Shown here in pieces: positions 46,898 to 56,772 of a stretch of DNA of 64,000 nucleotides. Position numbers and translations under genes: made by a program. Positions within the stretch are counted from its first letter, which is position 1; each line of letters starts with the position of its first letter. The notes below the pieces were generated by a model, which saw only the letters and a list, made by a program, of their open reading frames with translations, did not search any database and had not been told where the DNA came from. The DNA is taken from contig CABMHR010000001.1 of NCBI GenBank assembly GCA_902386025.1, positions 177,108 to 241,107 of the forward strand, written 5' to 3'. This stretch comes from an uncultured archaeon (GTDB lineage Archaea; Nanobdellota; Nanobdellia; Pacearchaeales; GW2011-AR1).

Positions 46898-48208
46898 TCA
46901 AAGTTCCTTTTTATAATTAACCGCAGTTGGAGCTTCTCCGCCGTGCCATGTGAATCTCGGGCGGATGCGGACAGGATAAATTCTTTCTGAATTATCGTCA
47001 AGAACAATCGCGCTTCCTTTAAGCGGAGGCAAATCATTCATATATCCGCTTATTCCCTGAAGAAGATAGCTTTGCATTATAAAATTCAATGCGTCAATAT
47101 CTGGCTGTGCAGTAACTCTGTGGGAAATTACAATGTCTGACTGCGTCATAGCATCTCTGTGAATCTGCCCTGGCTGCTGCGTTGCTAAAACCAGAGAAAT
47201 TCCTGGCTGTCTTCCTTCTCTTAAGAGCTGAACAAGAGCGTCTGTAGCAGCAGTCTTTCCATTAAGAGGGAGAAATTCATGCGCCTCGTCAATAAACATC
47301 CACACAAGAGGGTTTTCTTTTTTTTCAGAAACAAACGATAAATTAATTCCCCTTGAAACAGAAGACACTTCTTCTGTTTTTCTCGCATCCATTCTTTCAT
47401 TGAAAATTTTTCTTGAAACTAAACTGATAACAAGAGCTCTGATATTGAATGCGCCGACAGAATTGTAAATGCTTAAATCAAGAACAGACGTCATTCCTGC
47501 ATTAATCAAATCTTTTATCTGCGTAGGCTCTTCTCCGCCTTTTGCAAATATTCCCCATTCATCTGCTGCTTCAAAAAGCCCGACTGCTGCATTTTTTACT
47601 TCTTCCCCTGTTTTTTCATCGCCTTCAATAAGTGAAATAATGTCACTTATCTCAAATTTTCCTTTCTCGCTTAATCTTCCAAGAGTTCTCTGTATTAAAA
47701 TGGAAACAGGGCTTGTAATATCCAATCCAAATGTTATAATCCAGTCTTCAGAAGTCAGTTCTTTTATGTCAAGAGCAAATCTTTCATCAACAGGAATTCC
47801 TTTTTCAATATAGTTGTCATAATGTCCTGAAGGAACAAAAACTTTTACAGGCAGATTTTTTGACTTCAAATCCCATTCAGCCAGAAGCTTCCTGTCTTTT
47901 TCGTTTTCAAATTTCATTGTCCAATAAATTCCCATTGTGTCAAACATGAGGGAAGCAATGTTCTGGCTCACGTCTTTCGGCAGATTTGAAATCTCTTCTG
48001 CCATAACTCCAAGTGTGTAAGATTTTCCGCTTCCTCTCTTTCCTGCAACAAGAACAACATGGCTTCTTGCAACATCCATAAATATTTTGTTGCTTAATGA
48101 AGTGTATTGCCCCATCTTTACATAGCCCTTTCCAAGAAATATCAATCCCCTGTCTCCAAAATTCTTTTTGTCAGATTCATCTCTTCCTAAAATAATGTCA
48201 TATACCAC
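46898..48208 (-). CDS. HerA/FtsK-superfamily P-loop ATPase (DUF87-like)
   Basis: Walker A GKRGSGKSYT and Walker B WMFIDEAHEF. Confidence 0.55.
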   Translation of the reverse strand: MVYDIILGRDESDKKNFGDRGLIFLGKGYVKMGQYTSLSNKIFMDVARSHVVLVAGKRGSGKSYTLGVMAEEISNLPKDVSQNIASLMFDTMGIYWTMKFENEKDRKLLAEWDLKSKNLPVKVFVPSGHYDNYIEKGIPVDERFALDIKELTSEDWIITFGLDITSPVSILIQRTLGRLSEKGKFEISDIISLIEGDEKTGEEVKNAAVGLFEAADEWGIFAKGGEEPTQIKDLINAGMTSVLDLSIYNSVGAFNIRALVISLVSRKIFNERMDARKTEEVSSVSRGINLSFVSEKKENPLVWMFIDEAHEFLPLNGKTAATDALVQLLREGRQPGISLVLATQQPGQIHRDAMTQSDIVISHRVTAQPDIDALNFIMQSYLLQGISGYMNDLPPLKGSAIVLDDNSERIYPVRIRPRFTWHGGEAPTAVNYKKEL

Positions 48209-48285
48209 CTTATAAAATGTATGAATAACTTTTTATATTTGTCGCAGAATAATTGAGGTGTCAGTCTCTGATTATTATTTATTGA

Positions 48286-49392
48286 ATGCACATCCACAAA
48301 GTTTTTAAAAGGGGTTTATTTAATCTTGAAATGGAAGAAGAGAGAAAAGAGAGCGAAAATATGGTTGAATCTCATCATAAAAAAATTAATCTGACAGAAA
48401 AAATGAGGGAAAACCCTTGGATGCCTGCAACAATTGTTTCTGGAATTTTAATATTAGTTCTTCTGTTCTCTGTATTTTCAGGAGCACTCACAGGAAATGC
48501 AGTGTCTTCAAAAACTGCAGGAGAAAAACTTCTCGCTTTTTATCAATCAATGGGTGTTGAGAACCTGACTCTTGATTCTGTAAGCGAAATTTCTGGACTT
48601 TATCAGGTAAATGTAAATTATAATAACAAATTAATCTCCTTATACATAACTAAAGACGGAAAAAATGTAGTGCCTTCTTTAACTCCTATAGAAATAGCTT
48701 CTTCTGATTCTTCAACAGCACAAACAGAAGTTCCAAAAGCAGACAAGCCAAAAGTTGAACTTTATGTTTTCACATACTGCCCTTATGGACTGCAGATGGA
48801 AAAGGCAGCTATTCCTGCTGTTGAATTATTTGGAGATAAAATTGATTTTAGTATAAGATATATAGGAGATATGCACTCACCTAAGGGCTGTTCTGGAAGC
48901 GCCTGCTTTGAGAAAACAGAAACAGAAAGGCAATTATGCATAGAGAAAAATTATCCAGATAAATATTTAGATTATGTTTCTGCATTTGCATCAGACACAG
49001 CAATCGGAGCATGCAGCGGGGACGCATCGTGCCTTGCCCCTAAACTGATTGCATTATATTCAAAGCTTGGAATTGATAGTTCAAAGATAGATTCCTGCAT
49101 AGCATCAGACGGAGAAACAATGTATGAAGCAGAAGTAAGCAATTCACAAAAAATTAATTCTCAGATTACTGCTATAAACCCAAAAGGCGGACTTGGTTCA
49201 CCATATTTAATTATTAATGGACAAGTTGAGGAACAACAACCAAGCAGAAGAAGTCCCGAGGAAATTAAAGGTGCAGTTTGTTCTGCATTCAATAATGTTC
49301 CTTCAGAATGTTCTACATCATTAAGCACAACATCTGCATCAGCAGGATTTGGTGCAGGAACAAGTTCTTCAAGTTCAACAGCAAGCTGTTAG
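48286..49392 (+). CDS. Secreted/membrane-anchored protein with thioredoxin-fold-like CPYG motif
   Basis: TM anchor. YVFTYCPYGLQ is present. Ser-rich tail. Confidence 0.35.
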   Translation: MHIHKVFKRGLFNLEMEEERKESENMVESHHKKINLTEKMRENPWMPATIVSGILILVLLFSVFSGALTGNAVSSKTAGEKLLAFYQSMGVENLTLDSVSEISGLYQVNVNYNNKLISLYITKDGKNVVPSLTPIEIASSDSSTAQTEVPKADKPKVELYVFTYCPYGLQMEKAAIPAVELFGDKIDFSIRYIGDMHSPKGCSGSACFEKTETERQLCIEKNYPDKYLDYVSAFASDTAIGACSGDASCLAPKLIALYSKLGIDSSKIDSCIASDGETMYEAEVSNSQKINSQITAINPKGGLGSPYLIINGQVEEQQPSRRSPEEIKGAVCSAFNNVPSECSTSLSTTSASAGFGAGTSSSSSTASC

Positions 49393-49494
49393 TTATTCTT
49401 TACAATTTACTAGATTAAGCAATTAGTTAATGATAAAACTTTAACGCGGTGTTTAACTGATAGCAACTTCTGTGAAAAAGAGGTGATAACTTTC

Positions 49495-49737
49495 CTACCT
49501 TTTAGCTTTTCTCCACTTTCTTATTATTATCTTAAATCCAATAAGTTTTGAAGTGTAATTAACTCCAAGTTTTTCCAAAAGTTCATCAGAATATTTTTTT
49601 ATTGTTTCTTTTTCGTGCCCTGCACTTTTCAAAACAGAAATTCTTATGCTTTCCCGTGTTTGAAATGCATTCTTTAATGTCTGGATAAAATTTTCTGTTA
49701 TCCCGTTTTTTCCCAACTGCATTTCTGTAAAAGTCAT
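49495..49737 (-). CDS. YhbY/CRM-domain RNA-binding protein
   Basis: QLGKNGITENFIQTLKNAFQTRESIRISVLK. Confidence 0.55.
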   Translation of the reverse strand: MTFTEMQLGKNGITENFIQTLKNAFQTRESIRISVLKSAGHEKETIKKYSDELLEKLGVNYTSKLIGFKIIIRKWRKAKR

Positions 49738-49750
49738 AAGAAATTAAATT

Positions 49751-50137
49751 TCATTGAGTTTTTATATGTTTATTAACAAGCTCTTCAATTTCTTTTTTCT
49801 TGGCTTTAATTTCCTTGTATTTTCTAACGCCAAACATTCCTGCTTTCATTTTCTTGTCCTTGTAAGTTTCTTTTCCTGAAAAAATATGAACAGCCACATC
49901 ATTCTTGTTGTCTCTCCAGTCTTGGCTTTTTGAAGCGCAGAAAATTGCAGTTTCTTTGATGTCTTTTTTTGCCGGCTTCAAATCTTCAATTATGCAAAAA
50001 GGGCTTCCTGATGCTGAAGTATGCATAATTATATTGCTTTTTCCAAGAAACTGCTTTACCAGCTCGTCGTTGCTTTCTGCATCTTTGCCTGCCAGAACTT
50101 TTTTCCCAGAACTTGTTATAAATTCTCTAAATTTCAT
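49751..50137 (-). CDS. NFACT-R/DUF814-domain protein
   Basis: KKVLAGKDAESNDELVKQF...IIMHTSASGSPFCII. Confidence 0.5.
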   Translation of the reverse strand: MKFREFITSSGKKVLAGKDAESNDELVKQFLGKSNIIMHTSASGSPFCIIEDLKPAKKDIKETAIFCASKSQDWRDNKNDVAVHIFSGKETYKDKKMKAGMFGVRKYKEIKAKKKEIEELVNKHIKTQ

Positions 50138-50564
50138 ATTTTAACCAATTATTTACTATCTTTAAACATTTCTTCTGGTTTTTCCAAGTAAGTTTTTTCA
50201 TTGCTTCATTAAAATTCATCCATTTGTATCCAGAATGCTCTCTTGAATCAATCTTGACATTTCCTTTTTTTACTCTAACAGCATACAGCGAATATTTCTG
50301 TCCAACAACCCCCTTTCTGTCAGGAAACTTCTTTTTGTATTTATACAATCCTGCAACATTAAATTTTTTTATATTTAAAATTTTCAGCCCAGTTTCTTCT
50401 TTTATTTCTCTTCTGACAGCCATCTTTTTTGTTTCCAAGAATTCAATTCCCCCTTTTGGAAATTCCCATCCAATCCAGTGCTTTTTTCTTTTCAAGATTA
50501 AATATTCAATTTTGTTTTTGTTTCTGGAATAAGTTAATGCAAAAATAGCTTTTCTAAACCTCAT
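50127..50564 (-). CDS. NUDIX hydrolase
   Basis: Nudix box GWEFPKGGIEFLETKKMAVRREIKEETGL. Confidence 0.75.
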   Translation of the reverse strand: MRFRKAIFALTYSRNKNKIEYLILKRKKHWIGWEFPKGGIEFLETKKMAVRREIKEETGLKILNIKKFNVAGLYKYKKKFPDRKGVVGQKYSLYAVRVKKGNVKIDSREHSGYKWMNFNEAMKKLTWKNQKKCLKIVNNWLKYEI

Positions 50565-50601
50565 TTATCTAATAAGTTAGAATGGTTTTTATATTTTCAG
50601 A

Positions 50602-51954
50602 TTATTCTATTCTTCCCTTTCCTTCATCAGAATCGTCAACTCTTACTTTTGTTCCTTTTTCAACCATATAAACATTCTTTATGCCTGTGCTTTTATCTAC
50701 AACTATATTTCCAGAAACAAAATTATAATCAGGATGAATCACTTCAACTGAAAGCTCTGACGGGGCAAAAACCTTTAATCTAACCTCGCTGCTGCAGTCA
50801 TTTGCTGTCATTGAACCTGTCAGATAATTGTTTATGCATCCTTCTGCAAAATCTGCAGTTTCTCCTGTAAAATAACGATGAGCAATCTCTCTCTTTTCAG
50901 GAGCATTGCTTGAAAATGTAAATCTTTCCCCGCTTATTGGATAATGTGTTAAATCATCTTTCACTAAAAAGTCAATTGTTTTAATTGAGGAATTTATCTC
51001 TCTGTCAACAAACCCCTTCACAATATTGTATATTGACTGATTGCTTAATTCTGGAACATTAGCATTTAATATTCCGTCATAATCCTTAATTATGTCTTCG
51101 CGGAAATATCCTTTGCAATCTGTTTTCAAACTCATCCTTAATTGTTTTGTGTTTATGCTATTAATCAGTTCATTCATTAATTTTTCAAATGTCTCTGGCT
51201 TTATTCCAGCAACAAGAGGAATCTGCTTCATTCTTTCTATTAATCCTCGTCCTGATTCATTCGCAGGCCTGAAAAAATAATTTGGATTTTTTTCAAATAT
51301 ATCTGAAAGATTAATTTCTCCGTTATTGTCTGTGAGATATAATGAATTGTCAAGAAATACTCTGACTCCTTCACCTACAATCGCTTCTTCAAGAAGATTA
51401 TATTTCACAGAACTTGTCTGCTTTTTAGTTGGAGTAATTTCTGATTTGTATCTTCCTGTAGATACTATTTCTGCTCTCTTTGAACTTCCCCACATTAATC
51501 CATCAATGCCTACTCCTATAAGCAGTCCTGATGAACCGAATACTAAAACTTTAGTAGCTTCATTTCCTTTGCTTCCATCAAAAGCGAAACCAAGAGCAAT
51601 TGTTGCTAATGGAGTTAGAAATGTAAAAAGAGGATTAAATGCATCCTGTTTATTCACATTCTGCGTCTCTTTATAGATAGTTTCATTCCCAAATGTATCA
51701 ACAGAAGAAATAAATTCTCCTGCTTTTTGAGTAACTCTTGACTTATAAACTCCATCTTCAAGAAATGAATTAATACTAAATGCTCTTTCTTTTTCACGGA
51801 CTATTTCTGTATTGATAATTTTAGAACCGCCTGAAGAAGAAACTTCCCATCTGCTTCCTACAACTTTTGATGTTGAACTGCATCCCATTATCATTGCAGG
51901 AATCAAGGCAAGCAAGGGAGTGGTTTTCTTGTTTAATTTTTTTATTAAACTCAT
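50602..51954 (-). CDS. Hypothetical lipoprotein
   Basis: Lipobox IMGCSS. 450 aa. Confidence 0.4.
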   Translation of the reverse strand: MSLIKKLNKKTTPLLALIPAMIMGCSSTSKVVGSRWEVSSSGGSKIINTEIVREKERAFSINSFLEDGVYKSRVTQKAGEFISSVDTFGNETIYKETQNVNKQDAFNPLFTFLTPLATIALGFAFDGSKGNEATKVLVFGSSGLLIGVGIDGLMWGSSKRAEIVSTGRYKSEITPTKKQTSSVKYNLLEEAIVGEGVRVFLDNSLYLTDNNGEINLSDIFEKNPNYFFRPANESGRGLIERMKQIPLVAGIKPETFEKLMNELINSINTKQLRMSLKTDCKGYFREDIIKDYDGILNANVPELSNQSIYNIVKGFVDREINSSIKTIDFLVKDDLTHYPISGERFTFSSNAPEKREIAHRYFTGETADFAEGCINNYLTGSMTANDCSSEVRLKVFAPSELSVEVIHPDYNFVSGNIVVDKSTGIKNVYMVEKGTKVRVDDSDEGKGRIE

Positions 51955-51990
51955 AGAATAATTAGGGATATCAAGTCTTTTTAAAGATTT

Positions 51991-53250
51991 TTATTTTCTC
52001 CAGACTCTTAGGGCTTCTTCAAGTTCAACGTGCGTTTTCGCATATTCTTCAAGAGGAATTTTATTCAGCGAAGCGTCAACTGCCTGCCTCATTGCTCTTG
52101 CTCCTGCTTCTGTTCCAAATGGGTGTCCGTGGATTCCTCCGCCTGCCTGTATAACCAAATCTTTTCCAAGATTTTTAATCAAGAAAGGAACATATCTCGG
52201 ATGCAAACCTCCTGATGAGACGCCCAAAACAGGTTTTATATTTGCCCATTTTTGAGCAAGGCGTTTTTTTGTTTCAGCGACTTTCATTTTTTCAATTTCT
52301 TCCTGAAGTTCTTTTATTGTTTTTATATCTCCTTCAAGTTTTCCTATTCCTGTTCCGATATGAAGAGTATCAACTCCTATTACTCTTGCAAAATCAGCAA
52401 TAACCATCATCGCCATTCCGTGTTCGGGATTTCTGTCGAGGGCAGCGTGCATTGCTCTGTGCGCGTGGATAGCCATTTTGAAATTTGCTTCTCTCAATGT
52501 CTGCACAGCAGCCCAGCCTGCAGTAAGAATATCAATCATCACAAACTTCCCTCCTTGATTCTCAACAAGCTGCGCCCTCTTAATCATTTCCTTTGTTTCT
52601 GCAGTAACATTCACAAAATATCCTTTTCTCTCTCCTGTTTCACTTTCTGCTTTGTCAGCCATCTCCAAAGTTTTTGTCAGGCGGTTCTCAAACATATTAA
52701 ATTTCTGTGATGCGAGATTTTCATCATCCTTTACAATATCGCATCCCCCAATCCAAGATTCGTAGGCACTCTCGCTGTGATGTTCTGTATTCAGCCCAAT
52801 CTTTGGCTTTATTATTGTCCCGACAAGAGGGCGATTGCTTACTCTCATCATTTTTCTTATCCCCCCAATCCCGTATTTCGGCCCCTTAAATCCATTAAGA
52901 ATTGATTTTGGAAATGAAGCATCTTCCAGCCTTATTGTTTTTACTGCTTTCATTCCGAAAATATTTCCTGCAATAGAAGATAATATATTTGGGACATTGT
53001 CTCTTTCAAAAAGCGCTTCAGGATAAGCAATTTTTACATAATTTCCTTTTATGGAAAAAACTTTTGCTCTTAATTTTTCAACATATTCCTGCCCGCTGAC
53101 TTTTGTCCAAGTTCCGACGCTGGATTCCAAGGCAACAGTGTTAGCTGCTTCTGCCATTGACATTTTATTCGGAGAAATCTTGAACAAGCAGACTAAATCA
53201 TTCTTAGGCTTGTATTTCAAATTGACAAAATAAAGTTTTTTTTCTTTCAT
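51991..53250 (-). CDS. rbcL: Ribulose-1,5-bisphosphate carboxylase large subunit, form III
   Basis: GGCDIVKDDENL and adjacent catalytic motifs. ~420 aa is the archaeal form III length. Confidence 0.8.
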   Translation of the reverse strand: MKEKKLYFVNLKYKPKNDLVCLFKISPNKMSMAEAANTVALESSVGTWTKVSGQEYVEKLRAKVFSIKGNYVKIAYPEALFERDNVPNILSSIAGNIFGMKAVKTIRLEDASFPKSILNGFKGPKYGIGGIRKMMRVSNRPLVGTIIKPKIGLNTEHHSESAYESWIGGCDIVKDDENLASQKFNMFENRLTKTLEMADKAESETGERKGYFVNVTAETKEMIKRAQLVENQGGKFVMIDILTAGWAAVQTLREANFKMAIHAHRAMHAALDRNPEHGMAMMVIADFARVIGVDTLHIGTGIGKLEGDIKTIKELQEEIEKMKVAETKKRLAQKWANIKPVLGVSSGGLHPRYVPFLIKNLGKDLVIQAGGGIHGHPFGTEAGARAMRQAVDASLNKIPLEEYAKTHVELEEALRVWRK

Positions 53251-53291
53251 ATCACCTCTCTATAAATATGTCAAATCGGGTTTTTATATTT

Positions 53292-54620
53292 TTATCCCTT
53301 TTTTATTTTTGTTCCTTCTGCAGTATCATCAATCTGGTATCCGAGCTTTTCAATTCTTCTTCTTATGTTGTCTGCTTCTTCCCAATTCTTTTTCTTTCTC
53401 ATTTCTTCCCTCTCTTTTGCTAATTTTTTAACATCAGAGGGGATATCAATCTTTTCTTCCTTGTTCAAATTAAGCCCGAATACCTTGTCAATTTCTTTTA
53501 TTGTTCCGGCTTTTCCTTTTGCATCTTTGTCTCTAGCCAATTTCCACAGGACAGCAAGGGCTTCAGGGGTATTCAAATCATCGTCCATTGCATCCCTGAA
53601 TTCTTTCAAATATTTTGTATTTATTTCCTCATCATCTTTCAAATCAAGAGTTATATTTTTCAGCCTTTCATATGAATTCTTAGCGTCATTCAGCGCGTTT
53701 TCTGAAAAGTCAATAGGTTTTCTGTATTGCGTTGATATGACAAAATATCTTATCACTTCTCCGCTGTAATTTTTTAGAATGTCTCTTATTGTTTTGAAAT
53801 TTCCAAGGCTCTTGCTCATTTTTACTTTGTTTACATTAACCATTCCGTTATGCACCCAGTAATTCACAAATTTTTTTCCTGCTGCAGCTTCGCTTTGGGC
53901 AATCTCGTCTTCGTGATGCGGGAAAATTAAGTCCTGCCCTCCTCCGTGTATGTCAAGAGGAAGCCCTAAAATTTTTTCAGACATTGCAGAACATTCAATA
54001 TGCCAGCCAGGGCGCCCTTTGCCCCAGGGAGAATACCAAGACGGCTCCCCTTTTTTTGAAAATTTCCACAAGACAAAATCTTCCCTGTTTCTTTTTTCTT
54101 CCTTAAGTGCAACTCTTTTCCCCGCAATTAAATTTTCTGTTTTCTGATGTGATAATTTTCCATAACCCTTGAATTTGGAAACATCATAATAAACTCCGTC
54201 TCCATTTATAATGTAAGTATATCCTTTTTCTTCCAGTCTTTTTATAAGATTAATCATTTCAGGGATATATTCTGTCGCTTTTGGCTGAACATCTGGCTTG
54301 TCTACTCCAATTTTTGCATAATCTTTAAGATGAGCCTTCAAATTTCTTTTTGTCAGTTCTTTTATGTCCTCTTTTAATTCATTTGCCTTGTTTATTATTT
54401 TGTCATCAACATCAGTAATGTTAGAAACAAACTTGACTTCAAATCCGAGAAATTTTAAATATTTTCTTAAAATATCAAACGCTATCTGCTGTCTCGCGTG
54501 TCCGAGATGAGGAACATCATTTACAGTCGGCCCGCAGACATACATCTTAACAATTCCTTTTTTGGACGGCTTGAAGATTTCTTTTTTTCCTGCAAGAGTA
54601 TTATACAATTTTATGGACAT
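53292..54620 (-). CDS. cysS: Cysteinyl-tRNA synthetase
   Basis: [17 protein letters not shown] (HIGH) and KMSKSLGN. Confidence 0.85.
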   Translation of the reverse strand: MSIKLYNTLAGKKEIFKPSKKGIVKMYVCGPTVNDVPHLGHARQQIAFDILRKYLKFLGFEVKFVSNITDVDDKIINKANELKEDIKELTKRNLKAHLKDYAKIGVDKPDVQPKATEYIPEMINLIKRLEEKGYTYIINGDGVYYDVSKFKGYGKLSHQKTENLIAGKRVALKEEKRNREDFVLWKFSKKGEPSWYSPWGKGRPGWHIECSAMSEKILGLPLDIHGGGQDLIFPHHEDEIAQSEAAAGKKFVNYWVHNGMVNVNKVKMSKSLGNFKTIRDILKNYSGEVIRYFVISTQYRKPIDFSENALNDAKNSYERLKNITLDLKDDEEINTKYLKEFRDAMDDDLNTPEALAVLWKLARDKDAKGKAGTIKEIDKVFGLNLNKEEKIDIPSDVKKLAKEREEMRKKKNWEEADNIRRRIEKLGYQIDDTAEGTKIKKG

Positions 54621-54667
54621 TAGACTTGTTGCCTCTTAAACTTTAAAAAACTTTATAAGAATAAAAT

Positions 54668-55270
54668 TTACTTCGCCTTTATTTTTACATCAAAGAAATC
54701 ACTTGCATAAGCAGTTTCTCCTGCCTTGACTTCTATCTTGAATCTTGCAGTGCATAACGGAGAGCCGACAGGAATGTCAAATAAAACTTTTCTGACTATG
54801 CTGTCCCCGCTTGGGATTGACAAACTATCTTCTGCTTTTCCTAATATAATCCAGCTTTCAGCTTCTTCCTTGCTTATTCCGCAGTTTCCAACATCAGATG
54901 CAGATACAGCATAAGAAAAAGTGCTCTGTGCATTTGCTCCTTCCTGCAGATTCTTAATTCCAAAACCAACTCCGTCAGTTGAAGTCTGCGCTATTTCAAC
55001 AAGTCTTGTTCCGGGATATACTGACATCTTGTTGTCTTCTGAAAATAATTTATTTATTTCATTTCTTAACTGCTGGTCTGTCAAATCAACAACACCTGTT
55101 GCAGATTTTGAAATTTTTTGTATTAAGAATATTCCTCCAATCAAAAGAGTAACAAGAAGAACAATTGTGACAATTGTTCCTATTGACATTTCCATTTGCC
55201 CCGAGCGATTTCGCGGTATTAAGGCACGTGTCATGCAAGCGGGGTCGCGAGCTTTATATTTGTTTTTCAT
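54668..55270 (-). CDS. Type IV pilin-like protein with leader insert
   Basis: MKNKYK[ARDPACMTRALIPRNRS]GQMEMSIGTIVTIVLLVTLLIGG. Confidence 0.55.
   Translation of the reverse strand: MKNKYKARDPACMTRALIPRNRSGQMEMSIGTIVTIVLLVTLLIGGIFLIQKISKSATGVVDLTDQQLRNEINKLFSEDNKMSVYPGTRLVEIAQTSTDGVGFGIKNLQEGANAQSTFSYAVSASDVGNCGISKEEAESWIILGKAEDSLSIPSGDSIVRKVLFDIPVGSPLCTARFKIEVKAGETAYASDFFDVKIKAK
55202..55252 (-). repeat. 51-nt GC-rich in-frame element copy
   Basis: Sense strand is gctcgcgaccccgcttgcatgacacgtgccttaataccgcgaaatcgctcg. Confidence 0.85.
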
Positions 55271-55271
55271 C

Positions 55272-55565
55272 TTATTCTGCAGGGAATGTATTTATGTTTT
55301 GAAGCCAGCTTTCAATTTTTGGAGCAATGAATATCAGATAAACAATTCCCAAAATAAATCCTATGACGCTTAATATCAATCCTGCTTTTCCTAATTTTGT
55401 CGGCTTGTTTCTCTGCTGAACAAGGCACATAAAGAAACCAGCAACAGCAAGAATCATTCCTAAATATCCTCCGAGAGCCAAGACGCTCAATAATCCGAGT
55501 GTAAATCCTGCTGCACCCATAGAATTTCCTTTAATCTTTGATTCTCTCACCTTTTTTTCTGCCAT
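55272..55565 (-). CDS. Small membrane protein
   Basis: 97 aa with three TM helices. Confidence 0.35.
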   Translation of the reverse strand: MAEKKVRESKIKGNSMGAAGFTLGLLSVLALGGYLGMILAVAGFFMCLVQQRNKPTKLGKAGLILSVIGFILGIVYLIFIAPKIESWLQNINTFPAE

Positions 55566-55782
55566 ATTTAATTATTGTCTTTTACTTTTATAAATGTTAT
55601 TAATATCAGCCCTGAGCAGTAATTCAAGGGGAAAGTCAAGCGAACAAAACCGCGTAGGTGTTGTCGCATTGGGACCACTGTACTCGAATCCCCACTCGTT
55701 GCATTAATTCTTCTTACCTGCACTCGTGAAAATCCTCGGAGTCGAACAGTTCGACAATCAATAAATATAATCTACGATTATA

Positions 55783-55854
55783 TGGGACCACTGGGAGTCG
55801 AACCCAGGACACCTACGTCTTCAGCGTAGTGCTCTCCCGCTGAGCTATGGTCCC
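55783..55854 (-). tRNA. tRNA-Phe (anticodon GAA)
   Basis: Hand-folded cloverleaf: GGGACCA-TA-GCTC-AGCGGGA-GAGC-A-CTACG-CTGAAGA-CGTAG-GTGTC-CTGGG-TTCGACT-CCCAG-TGGTCCC-A. Confidence 0.85.
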
Positions 55855-55916
55855 GCCGATTATAAAATAATAAAATGATAACTTTTAAAGTTTGGCTTTT
55901 ATGTTCTTGTTAAGGA

Positions 55917-56342
55917 TTAAAGAGACTTCATATTAGAAATAATCTTTCTCATTTCCGGAATTCTTTTTACAATGAAATATGCAGCCCCTTCTTGTGCAGG
56001 TGTTGGAATATTCATTCCGCTTTTTTCTTTGTTTCTCCATATCCCAAAATAAGTTCCTTCCAATCCTTCTTCTTTGTTTATTTTCTTCACCTCAAAATAA
56101 TCTAGAATCCAGCCGTCTCTTAAATCAAATTTTAAAATTGTTTCTTTTTTTGAGAATATTACTCTTCCTTCTAATTGGCTTGCTTTGTGATTTAATGGAG
56201 GTTCTTTGCAGAGATATCCTTTGATTTGAAGATTTCCTTCATCATCATTTTCTCTTGGTTCCATAATTCCTGCTTGAGGTATTTCTTCTCTCCCAGCAAG
56301 ATAAGTTCCCTGTATGCAATAATCTTCCATGTTTTTATTCAC
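55917..56342 (-). CDS. Hypothetical protein
   Basis: 141-aa ORF. Confidence 0.35.
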   Translation of the reverse strand: MNKNMEDYCIQGTYLAGREEIPQAGIMEPRENDDEGNLQIKGYLCKEPPLNHKASQLEGRVIFSKKETILKFDLRDGWILDYFEVKKINKEEGLEGTYFGIWRNKEKSGMNIPTPAQEGAAYFIVKRIPEMRKIISNMKSL

Positions 56343-56387
56343 TAAGGGCTACTTTTTAAGAATTTATGTCATAAAATAATATGAAAT

Positions 56388-56722
56388 GTAAGTTGGGTAT
56401 AAGCCACTTTTTGTCGTTCGTCGTTAAATTAATAGCAAACCAAACGTGTTAACATTCAACTATGCGGTTTCAAACCTTGCACCAGTCAAGTTGCTCGTTT
56501 CATCAAATCTCATCCTTCAAAGTTCCAACCAAGTTTTCATAACTCGGGATGAGCTGTGCCGTTTCTGTAACAGAGCTTTGCTTCACAGCAATCCATTTTC
56601 ACGGATGACTTTGTCGCAGACAAAATTGCCTGCGGGTGGGCGGACTTTCCTCAGAATTAGCGATTATATTTTATCACTTGTCTGTTTGGAGACTAAATCC
56701 CGAAGTTAACTGCCCAACTTAC
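56388..56722 (-). ncRNA. rnpB: RNase P RNA (archaeal type)
   Basis: Terminal helix GUAAGUUGGG...CCCAACUUAC. GAGGAAAGUCCGCCCACC (CR-I) lies ~66 nt from the 5' end on the minus strand. ACAGAAACGG and ...GUGGCUUAUACCC are near the 3' end. The region is GC-enriched relative to the AT-rich coding regions. Confidence 0.65.
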
Positions 56723-56772
56723 AAAAAACTCATGAAAGAAGAGTTTTTAAATTTTGTCTTCTATATTTCCTT

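Noticed and set aside
55669-55760. Second complete tRNA next to tRNA-Phe
   Set aside because: Only a 3' acceptor/T-arm-like piece with an internal 57-nt insert could be built. No D-arm, anticodon arm or 5' acceptor strand was found on either strand. It is reported as a fragment or att-like remnant instead.
56446-56709. 87-aa plus-strand ORF
   Set aside because: It lies entirely within the RNase P RNA candidate, so it is not coding.
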